Shown one piece after another: positions 49,508-56,918 of a stretch of DNA of 64,000 nucleotides (position 1 is its first letter; each line of letters begins with the position of its first letter). The stretch lies in NCBI GenBank assembly GCA_963717685.1, contig OY970346.1, positions 258,970 to 322,969 on the forward strand. The letters run 5' to 3'. The notes under the pieces were generated by a model. It was not told where the DNA came from. It made no database searches and saw nothing but the letters and a program-made list of their open reading frames with translations. The stretch comes from an uncultured Bacteroidales bacterium. Its GTDB lineage: Bacteria > Bacteroidota > Bacteroidia > Bacteroidales > VadinHA17. Both the position numbers and the translations under genes were made by a program.

Positions 49508-50317
49508 TTAATGTTTGTGGAAAACATAATGCGAATGATAGTGCCTGTGCTCCTCATTTCCGTGCTTATGAACATGTTCGTGGATAAGATTTACACTGAT
49601 CAGGAACGCTTCATCATTCAGTATTTCGGCAGCGTTGCCGGTTTTCATTATAGTATGATCTTCCGACAGAACTGCCACGGATGGCTGAAGGTGATCAATC
49701 AGATCGAGATGATGAGTGGTGAAAATAATGGTTTTCCCTGCATGGTTAAGATCAATGAGAAGTTCCGTAAAAAATGTCTGGGTTCTTGGATCAAGGCTGG
49801 AAAGTGGCTCATCGATAAGAAGGACCTCTGGATTCATAGTAAGGACTGATGCAATGGCGACTCTTTTTTTCTCTCCGCCGGAAAGCATAAATATTGATCT
49901 GTCATGGAGATATTCGATATCAAGTAATGATAAAGTCTGATCAGCCCTTTCTTTCGCTGCTTCATAAGAAATATCCATCTGCAGGGGACCAAACAGAAGC
50001 TCGTCAAAGACGGTGGGGCAAAATAATTGTATATCAGAGTTTTGAAAAACATATCCCATGCTTTGCCGGAATTCCATACTGAAATCCTTATCATGCATTG
50101 ATTCCTCTGAAACCGCATTTCCCTTGTACAGAAATTCTCCCGAATCGGGATAAATAAGTCCATTTAAAATATGCAGCAGAGTCGATTTCCCGCTTCCATT
50201 CAGACCAATTATGGAAAACATTTCACCCCTTTTTACTGAAAGGCTTATATCCTTAAGCGCGGTAATCTTCCCGTAATAAGAATAATCGATATTTTTCAAT
50301 GTAATGATATTTTCCAT
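49508..50317 (-). CDS. cbiO: ECF/CbiO-type ABC ATPase with His-rich C-terminal tail
   Basis: Start at Met 50317 (MENIITLKNIDY). Walker A GLNGSGKST, signature LSGGEKKRVAIA, Walker B LLIDEP. The tail is HEHVHKHGNEEHRHYHSHYVFHKH. Confidence 0.85.
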   Translation of the reverse strand: MENIITLKNIDYSYYGKITALKDISLSVKRGEMFSIIGLNGSGKSTLLHILNGLIYPDSGEFLYKGNAVSEESMHDKDFSMEFRQSMGYVFQNSDIQLFCPTVFDELLFGPLQMDISYEAAKERADQTLSLLDIEYLHDRSIFMLSGGEKKRVAIASVLTMNPEVLLIDEPLSSLDPRTQTFFTELLIDLNHAGKTIIFTTHHLDLIDHLQPSVAVLSEDHTIMKTGNAAEILNDEAFLISVNLIHEHVHKHGNEEHRHYHSHYVFHKH

Positions 50318-50322
50318 ATTCT

Positions 50323-51249
50323 TTAAATTAACAGGATGCAAACTCCGAATGCAACAATTATCAGAAGTGCAATAAAATCCCTGGCAATGAAACTGGTCCG
50401 GGAATGAAGCATCACTTTCCCCTGATAACCTCTTGAGACCATAGCAAAATAGGTCTCTTCATAAATTATCATTGATCTTTTAAAAATAAAAAATATGCGA
50501 CCGCCGACTATTCTTCTTATTTTATTATTCCTGATATTTCCTGATAGTCTTGATCTTAAAGCGAAATAAGTTTCTTCAATTGTGCGGGAAAGGATAAAAA
50601 TATATTTGTAGGCCAGGGAAATAATCATCAGGAATGCATCAGGAACTCCAACCACTCTCAATGATTTTATAAAAGAGGGCAACGACGTGGTAAATATGAT
50701 GAACATTGAAAATGCCACAGAATTAAGGACTCTGAGGAAAATCAGGGATACGACCCTGAATCCATTATCCGTAAACCCAATATCCCGTGGAATATTATAT
50801 ATCCAGAAGTGCAATGGCCTGTCAAACCTGACAATTTCAAGAAGGATTTTCCCCGGCGTTACTATGTTCAGGGAAGCAGGCAATACCGCAAGAAATCCAA
50901 AAATGAAAGCAAGAAAGAATATTCTCCCGTATACCTGGGCGATCCCAGATCTGGCCATAATGAATAAAATCAATATAAAAGCGGTTATGCAGATTTGGCC
51001 GATAGTGTTATTTACGAAGCTTATTACTATTACAAAATAAAGAAGTGAAAACAGCTTGACATAGGGATTTATTTTTTGAATTAAATTCTCCCTTGATGCA
51101 TTTTCAGCCTGCGAATAAACAGACCTGACGGCTTTTGCAGAATTGAAAATGGTTCTATCAAGAAAGGAAAGTCTTATCCTTTTTGCCTGCTTCAATTTTC
51201 GCCGGGTATCTGATGGCTGAAGCAAATATGAAGGAATCTTATTCTCCAT
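50323..51249 (-). CDS. cbiQ: ECF transporter transmembrane (T) component CbiQ
   Basis: Polytopic protein located between cbiN-like and cbiO. The start is either 51276 or, preferred, ATG 51249, which overlaps the upstream stop by 11 nt. Confidence 0.7.
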   Translation of the reverse strand: MENKIPSYLLQPSDTRRKLKQAKRIRLSFLDRTIFNSAKAVRSVYSQAENASRENLIQKINPYVKLFSLLYFVIVISFVNNTIGQICITAFILILFIMARSGIAQVYGRIFFLAFIFGFLAVLPASLNIVTPGKILLEIVRFDRPLHFWIYNIPRDIGFTDNGFRVVSLIFLRVLNSVAFSMFIIFTTSLPSFIKSLRVVGVPDAFLMIISLAYKYIFILSRTIEETYFALRSRLSGNIRNNKIRRIVGGRIFFIFKRSMIIYEETYFAMVSRGYQGKVMLHSRTSFIARDFIALLIIVAFGVCILLI

Positions 51250-51574
51250 TTCTTGCAAGTAATTTTGAAATTGCAACCATTATTATAAAAACAATAGTTG
51301 CTCCTGCTATGCCTGATACAATATAATATCCCGACCTTTGCACAATTGACTTATCCCTGTGGTTAATGGTATAATCAGGCATTGGTGCTTTCCACAGGTG
51401 TGAATATTTCTGCAGTCCTGCCGGCACATAGCCAATAAGCTGCTCAACTGTCTGAGCCGACCACTCCCCCCAGGCATCGCCTGCATTAAAATATGCAGGG
51501 AGTAAAATCCCGACCGGAGTGATCAGGCACAAGACAAGAAGTGCGATAAGAATCCTTTTCTGAAGCTTACTCAT
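51239..51574 (-). CDS. PDGLE-domain / CbiN-like small membrane component
   Basis: 111 aa with two TM segments flanking AGDAWGEWSAQ...WKAPMPDY. Positioned between cbiM and cbiQ. Confidence 0.6.
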   Translation of the reverse strand: MSKLQKRILIALLVLCLITPVGILLPAYFNAGDAWGEWSAQTVEQLIGYVPAGLQKYSHLWKAPMPDYTINHRDKSIVQRSGYYIVSGIAGATIVFIIMVAISKLLARNGE

Positions 51575-52259
51575 TTTTAGCTCCCCTCCTATATGTGTAA
51601 ATCATGCCTGGCTCATTTATCAAAAAATAGTTAAGGATCAGAGCGGTAAGCATCCCTTCAATAATTCCGAAAACCAGCATGTGCCCTATTGCCATCGCAG
51701 GAATTGCAACGCTCAGTCCATAGGGGCAATATAAAGCTTTACCGTCAGCTGTTGATGCAATTAAAGGTTGAATGCCGAGCTCTGTAGCTGTCACTACGGC
51801 GGCCAGGACCAGGCTCAGGTAACCTGAAATAAAAGCGGCAAAAGAAGCATTTGCTTTTCCTGCCGGGTTTTTGCTGAACAATTTAAATAGGTAATAAGCT
51901 GCAAAAGGCATAAAAACTGCCATATTGAAGCAGTTTGCCCCAATTGCGGTAATCCCGCCATCTCCGAAAATAAGTGCCTGAATTATTATCGCTACTGAAA
52001 CCGCAATCATGGCAGCCCATGGTCCAAATATGATTGCAATGACTGCAGAACCGACTGCATGGCCTGTTGTCCCGCCCGGCACAGGCAGGTTGAACATCAT
52101 GATGATAAATGAAAAAGCTGCTGCCATTCCAAGATATGGGATACTCCTTGCAGAAATTTCTTTCCTGACTTTTTTTACGGCTACAGCAATGAAAGACACA
52201 AATACCCCAAAAAGCGGAATATATGTCTGCGGGCTAAGATAACCATCGGGAATATGCAT
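51567..52259 (-). CDS. cbiM: Cobalt/nickel ECF substrate-capture component CbiM/NikM
   Basis: 230 aa. It begins with the hallmark MHIPDGYLSP. Confidence 0.85.
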   Translation of the reverse strand: MHIPDGYLSPQTYIPLFGVFVSFIAVAVKKVRKEISARSIPYLGMAAAFSFIIMMFNLPVPGGTTGHAVGSAVIAIIFGPWAAMIAVSVAIIIQALIFGDGGITAIGANCFNMAVFMPFAAYYLFKLFSKNPAGKANASFAAFISGYLSLVLAAVVTATELGIQPLIASTADGKALYCPYGLSVAIPAMAIGHMLVFGIIEGMLTALILNYFLINEPGMIYTYRRGAKNE

Positions 52260-52640
52260 AATTCATTATCTTAAATCCTTTACGACGCTTTAAAATTATA
52301 CTTTAAAAAATAAATAATCTGCATCGTTATAATTATGTTTTGCCCAAAGTAAGACTTATTTCAGAAATAAAGATTCTGTCAGGATACCAAAGAAGCGGAT
52401 AATTTCAGTGCTATCAGAGTAAAGTCGAAAAATATGTCAACAATTTGGTCACTGTTCAGAATACATAATCCCGCAGACCATTGATCTTCCCGGATATTTT
52501 AAAATGTCAGGGTGAATGAGGTTTGAGAATAAAAAGTACCCCCTCTCGCAGACGAAAGTGTGAGTAGGTATGAAATAAAAGGTTCATAAATAATAAAATG
52601 CAAACTTCATAATAATTTGTAAATTTAGGTTGCCATATTT

Positions 52641-53315
52641 ATGTATAAAATGAAATTAAAATTCGCCATTATCATTTCAGCTTTGATAATTATTGTACAG
52701 GGATCAGGCGCAGCACAGAAAATTAAATATATTTCAGGTATTGTCACAACCTTCAGAAATATTCCGCTGAAAAATGTAAAAGTGACTGCCTTAAAATCAA
52801 AAGAGATTACTCTTACTGATTCTCTTGGTTTGTTTACTTTAAGATGTCAGGAGAAAGATGTTCTTATAGTAACCGCATCAGGTTTTTTTCAAAAGGAGAT
52901 CAAGGTAAAAAATCCAGACAGATATACTATTGACCTTATCTTTAATAACAGTGAAGATGGTTTTAACGATGCAGTTAATAATGGTTATGTTGCCAAAGAT
53001 GTTCTCTGGAAAGCAATTAATTCAAAACCTTTACAAAGAGAAAAAGATTATTCCAGGTACAGGGATATTTATGAGCTTATTAAAAATGAGATATATAATG
53101 TCAAGGTCGAAGGCACATCGGTTCTTACTACCAAGGTTTTGTCTTTTTATGCATCTCCACAGGTTCTTTATGATGTTGATGATATGATAGTGTCTGATAT
53201 CTCATTTATAAATCCTGTTGATGTCAAGACAATTAAGTATATAGACGGCGTTGATGCTTCAATTTACGGATCCAGAGGGGCTAACGGAGTCATCAAAATT
53301 ACTTTGAAAAAATAA
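52641..53315 (+). CDS. Barrel-less protein: carboxypeptidase-regulatory-like domain + short TonB-plug-like C-terminal motif
   Basis: 224 aa with a signal peptide. ISGIVTTFRNIPLKNVKVTAL...LIVTASGF is the CarboxypepD_reg-like part. The C-terminus IDGVDASIYGSRGANGVIKITLKK matches the SusC block DASATAIYGSRGANGVILITT in this window. Confidence 0.55.
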   Translation: MYKMKLKFAIIISALIIIVQGSGAAQKIKYISGIVTTFRNIPLKNVKVTALKSKEITLTDSLGLFTLRCQEKDVLIVTASGFFQKEIKVKNPDRYTIDLIFNNSEDGFNDAVNNGYVAKDVLWKAINSKPLQREKDYSRYRDIYELIKNEIYNVKVEGTSVLTTKVLSFYASPQVLYDVDDMIVSDISFINPVDVKTIKYIDGVDASIYGSRGANGVIKITLKK

Positions 53316-53623
53316 TCCTTATTTCTACCCTCCAAACAGTGCTAATTTAATTTTGCCATTGAATGAAATACATTGGCCAGATAAAGAAAGACTTGAAAAG
53401 ATACATCTGGCTCCCTAAAAGCAGGATGAGGTTGATATTGAGCCCGTTACAAAATCCGTCACCAATTCCCTGCCGGCAGGCAGGCGTCACCTTCTTAAAA
53501 AAGAAATCCTGCTGATCATTGATCCTGCGGGATTTACTGTAGTATGAATGCGAGTATGGAAAAAGGCCGAGAGCTCAAGTTCAAGCTTACTCGCTCTCAC
53601 TCTTGCTCTCGCTCTTTTTTACG

Positions 53624-53696
<73 letters not shown>

Positions 53697-53710
53697 TCCT
53701 TTTGGGATTG

Positions 53711-53718
53711 CAAATATA
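53711..53718 (-). promoter_or_regulatory. Bacteroidota-type -7 box (TATATTTG) upstream of tRNA-Phe
   Basis: The minus strand reads ...GAAATATATATTTGCAATCCCAAAAGGA-GGTGCC. It matches TAnnTTTG and ends 14 nt before the tRNA 5' end. Confidence 0.4.
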
Positions 53719-53763
53719 TATTTCAAAATTGAGGAAGCAAAACTTTGTCCCTAAAAAATCAAT

Positions 53764-55041
53764 TTGGAATCATTTAGCCTATATGGTACCTTTGCGACCT
53801 TATCAAAACCAGATTCAAACGTGCAGTTGCTTTACCATACACTTGACAACGGAATCAGACTGATCCACTTCAGGACAAACGGGATGGTGGCTCACTGCGG
53901 ACTGATTTTCAACACCGGTTCACGCAGCGAAAAAGCCGGAGAACACGGGATGGCTCATTTTATAGAGCATATGCTTTTCAAAGGAACTGAAAAAAGAAAA
54001 ACCTATCATATACTCAGCTGTCTCGATGATGCAGGAGGCGAACTCAACGCTTATACAACCAAGGAAGAGACAGCTGTCCATGCATCCGTCCTTAAAGAGG
54101 ATTTTGAAAAGGCAGCTGATATTATCAGTGACATTGCCTTTAATTCTGTCTTTCCCGAAAAGGAACTTGTCAGGGAAAAAGATGTAATAATTGATGAGAT
54201 AAACTCATATCTCGATAATCCGGCGGAATTTATTTTCGATGACTTTGAAGAGATTATCTTTCCTGATCAGCCTCTGGGCCGTAATATACTTGGCACACCA
54301 GAAACAGTAAGGTCGTTCACCAGGGAGAAGCTCAACGAATTTATGCTGCGGAATTATGATCCGTGCCAGATGGTGTTCTGTTCTGTAGGCAATATCCCCG
54401 ATGACAAGGTAATCCGGCTCTTTCAAAAATTCTTCGGATCCGTCCCGTTCAAAAAAACGAATTCCCGGGAAGGTGCAGCGGCCCGGTACAAGCCGGTAAC
54501 TCTCAAAAGGAAAAAGGATACATACCAGAATCATTGCATGATAGGTAATTCCGCCTATGATTTAAGGGATAAGCGCAGGATCGGACTCGCCCTTCTGAAT
54601 AATATCCTGGGCGGACAGGGAATGAATTCGAGACTGAACCTGTCGCTTCGTGAGAGGAACGGCCTTGCTTATAACATAGAATCAAATTATAATGCCTATA
54701 CTGATATAGGTGTTTTTTCAATTTATTTCGGAACCGACAAGCAGAACCTTGAGAAGAGCATCTCTGTAACGAAAAGGGAATTAGAAAGGCTAAGAAATGA
54801 CAGGCTTGGTCCGGTCCAGCTTTCAAAAGCTAAAAACCAGATGAAGGGTTATATAGCCAGAGGATATGAAAACCATGAGAGTCTTATGCTTGGCCTTGGG
54901 AAAAACCTCATGGTTTTCAATCATATTGATACAATAGAGGATCTCTATGGTAAAATAGATGCCATTACTTCATCAATCCTTCTTGATATTGCCAATGAAA
55001 TTTTCGAATCTTCACGGCTGTCTACACTGATATATAAATAG
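53764..55041 (+). CDS. M16-family (insulinase/pitrilysin-like) zinc peptidase
   Basis: About 425 aa. HxxEH zinc motif (HFIEHMLFKGTEKR). The start is uncertain: TTG 53764 or GTG 53821, with no in-frame ATG near the N-terminus. Confidence 0.8.
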   Translation: MESFSLYGTFATLSKPDSNVQLLYHTLDNGIRLIHFRTNGMVAHCGLIFNTGSRSEKAGEHGMAHFIEHMLFKGTEKRKTYHILSCLDDAGGELNAYTTKEETAVHASVLKEDFEKAADIISDIAFNSVFPEKELVREKDVIIDEINSYLDNPAEFIFDDFEEIIFPDQPLGRNILGTPETVRSFTREKLNEFMLRNYDPCQMVFCSVGNIPDDKVIRLFQKFFGSVPFKKTNSREGAAARYKPVTLKRKKDTYQNHCMIGNSAYDLRDKRRIGLALLNNILGGQGMNSRLNLSLRERNGLAYNIESNYNAYTDIGVFSIYFGTDKQNLEKSISVTKRELERLRNDRLGPVQLSKAKNQMKGYIARGYENHESLMLGLGKNLMVFNHIDTIEDLYGKIDAITSSILLDIANEIFESSRLSTLIYK

Positions 55042-55043
55042 CC

Positions 55044-55676
55044 ATGAACAGGGATCTTGAGAAATACATATCTGAACATTCATCGGCGGAAGATCCAGTC
55101 CTGGAGGATCTATACAGGCAAACCCACATAAGATTCGTAAACCCGAATATGGTTACAGGGCACATCCAGGGCAAGTTCCTTGAATTTATCTCGAAAATGA
55201 TCAGCCCGGAGATGATCCTTGAAATAGGTACGTTCACAGGATATTCGGCAATATGCCTTGCCAGGGGATTAAAGTCCGGGGGCAGGCTGATTACTATTGA
55301 GGCTAATGATGAACACAGGGAATTCAGCCGGTCTTATTTCGATAAAGCCGGTCTGGGTTCTGCTATTACACAAATGACAGGAAGAGCACAGGATATAATT
55401 CCGGAACTTGATATTTCATTGGATCTTGTATTCATCGACGGAGACAAAAGGGAATATTCCGAATATTATCATACGGTCAAGGGAAAAGTGAAAAAAGGCG
55501 GAATTATCGTGGCAGACAATGTTCTCTGGGGAGATAAGATTTTAGAAAAGGATGCCAGGGATCCTCAGACAAAAGGAATTATGGATTTTAATGAGATGAT
55601 CCGTCATCAGACTGATATCGAAAAGATTATCCTTCCGGTAAGGGATGGCCTGATGCTGATAATCAAAACAGAATAA
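55044..55676 (+). CDS. Class-I SAM-dependent O-methyltransferase (family 3, caffeoyl-CoA OMT-like)
   Basis: 210 aa. LEIGTFTGYSAICLA (SAM loop), VFIDGDK and ADNVLWGDK. Confidence 0.8.
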   Translation: MNRDLEKYISEHSSAEDPVLEDLYRQTHIRFVNPNMVTGHIQGKFLEFISKMISPEMILEIGTFTGYSAICLARGLKSGGRLITIEANDEHREFSRSYFDKAGLGSAITQMTGRAQDIIPELDISLDLVFIDGDKREYSEYYHTVKGKVKKGGIIVADNVLWGDKILEKDARDPQTKGIMDFNEMIRHQTDIEKIILPVRDGLMLIIKTE

Positions 55677-55813
55677 AAACAGCATCCGGCATACTGAATG
55701 AGCTTTTAGCCGGTCGCCCCGAAAATTGCCAGTATTTATACGATGAATGATGAAATTCCGTTTTATAAAACATTATATGGTATACTTTTTGCTAATTCAG
55801 AAAAAAAGATAAT

Positions 55814-56479
55814 ATGAAAAAGCTTGTTATATCCCTTTTGTTACTGTCAGTGGTTTACCCATTCTTTGCACAGGATAACAGAGCTGATGTGCTTCAGGGT
55901 CTTGAAAAGAACCAGAACCAGAAACAGATTCCGACACAGGAGGTTAAACGAACAGCTACTCTGAAGTCGGCAACCCGTCTCTTTGAGACTAAGGAGGATG
56001 TCAGTTCAGTGATAATGGTAATTCCATCAGGCGAAGTTGTCGATGTCGTTGATTCTGATTCTACTTTCCTTCATGTTAATTATCAAAACAATGAGGGCTA
56101 TATTCTAAGCAAGCATGCAACAATAAATGAGACTCCTGCTGCAGCTGTTCCGACTATCACGGCTGTCCCTGCTGCTAATGCTGCTCCGGCAAGCCAGCAA
56201 CCTGAAAACTACCAGGAGCAGGATACAACACAGCAGGAACAAGTCAACAGGTTTACATACCTTGAGAACAAGTATGGCACTGATATGGCCAACAGACTAT
56301 ATGCCGGTAAGATCTGGAAAGGGATGAACGGCGATATGGTCAGGGACAGCTGGGGAAATCCTTTCAAAATAAACAGGGTATTCAGGGGGAATGTAATCAC
56401 GGAAGAATGGATTTATCGAAGCACATGGTTGTTCTTCAGTGACGACAAGCTTACCCAATGGGGTCCGACTAAAAGATAA
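55814..56479 (+). CDS. Secreted protein with SH3b-like domain, Ala/Pro/Gln linker and BamE/SmpA-OmlA-like C-terminal domain
   Basis: 221 aa. Signal peptide, then TATLKSATRLFE...GEVVDVVDSDSTFLHVNYQNNEGYI (SH3-like). The C-terminus is KGMNGDMVRDSWGNP...EEWIY. Confidence 0.4.
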   Translation: MKKLVISLLLLSVVYPFFAQDNRADVLQGLEKNQNQKQIPTQEVKRTATLKSATRLFETKEDVSSVIMVIPSGEVVDVVDSDSTFLHVNYQNNEGYILSKHATINETPAAAVPTITAVPAANAAPASQQPENYQEQDTTQQEQVNRFTYLENKYGTDMANRLYAGKIWKGMNGDMVRDSWGNPFKINRVFRGNVITEEWIYRSTWLFFSDDKLTQWGPTKR

Positions 56480-56542
56480 ATCATTGTTACAGGGCTCTCA
56501 TGCCATTTTCGCGGCTCTCTTTCGCAGATAAAAAAAAAATCT

Positions 56543-56550
56543 TATTTTTG
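56543..56550 (+). promoter_or_regulatory. Bacteroidota-type -7 box (TATTTTTG) upstream of the tRNA-Gly-like leader
   Basis: Matches TAnnTTTG and ends 11 nt before the pseudo-tRNA 5' end (56562). No comparable box lies directly before the real tRNA-Gly. Confidence 0.4.
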
Positions 56551-56561
56551 TCCGTGAATCT

Positions 56562-56640
56562 GCGGGAATAGCTCATCCCGATAGTTATCGGGAGGTAGAG
56601 CATAATCCGCCGGCTGGCGGATCAGGATCGCAGGTCGAGA
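56562..56640 (+). pseudogene. Truncated tRNA-Gly-like copy carrying two inserted GC hairpins
   Basis: GCGGGAATAGCTCA|TCCCGATAGTTATCGGGA|GGTAGAGCATAA|TCCGCCGGCTGGCGGA|TCAGGATCGCAGGTCGAG compared with the real GCGGGAATAGCTCAGTTGGTAGAGCATAACCTTGCCAAGGTTAGGGTCGCGGGTTCGAG. The 3' T-stem and acceptor strand are missing. Confidence 0.75.
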
Positions 56641-56652
56641 AAATGAAATAAG

Positions 56653-56725
56653 GCGGGAATAGCTCAGTTGGTAGAGCATAACCTTGCCAAGGTTAGGGTC
56701 GCGGGTTCGAGTCCCGTTTCCCGCT
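56653..56725 (+). tRNA. tRNA-Gly (GCC)
   Basis: GCGGGAATAGCTCAGTTGGTAGAGCATAACCTTGCCAAGGTTAGGGTCGCGGGTTCGAGTCCCGTTTCCCGCT. The acceptor is GCGGGAA/TTCCCGC, the anticodon loop TTGCCAA, and the T-arm GCGGG/CCCGT. Confidence 0.9.
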
Positions 56726-56735
56726 CTGACAAAAA

Positions 56736-56759
56736 GAGCCACAACAGTGGCTTTTTTTT
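56736..56759 (+). terminator. Intrinsic terminator after tRNA-Gly
   Basis: GAGCCAC-aaca-GTGGCTT followed by TTTTTTT. Confidence 0.75.
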
Positions 56760-56918
56760 ATGGCATCTATAAAAGAGCCCCCTATCTCTTTCAGATCTGA
56801 CCTGACAGCTATTTTCTTTTTTACAATTGTTATAAAATGTTAACAGCGGATTCAAATCACCAAAATGTCCTATATTAGGAATCCCATATTTAATAATTAT
56901 TCTATAATTGCTTTTGCC

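Noticed and set aside
49159-49849. ORFs 49159..49368 (-) and 49490..49849 (+)
   Set aside because: The first is an isolated AT-rich ORF without motif or ribosome-binding context. The second is antisense to cbiO.
52260-52640. Cobalamin or NiCo riboswitch upstream of cbiM
   Set aside because: I read both strands. Fragments such as GGGAAG...GGTCTGCGGGATT...CAGTGACC are present. The conserved cobalamin core order and sequence (GGGAA..GGTG.AA.TCC..CCCGC.ACTG) is not matched. This cannot be called without a covariance-model scan.
53363-53515. 50-codon ORF (MKYIGQIKKDLKRYIWLPKSRMRLILSPLQNPSPIPCRQAGVTFLKKKSC) resembling the N-terminus of a hexapeptide acetyltransferase
   Set aside because: It is too short, and the resemblance rests on a few residues (IK.DL.RY). 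It ends within a GC-rich hairpin-like insertion (CTGCCGGCAGGCAGGCG). It may be a gene remnant, but that cannot be supported.
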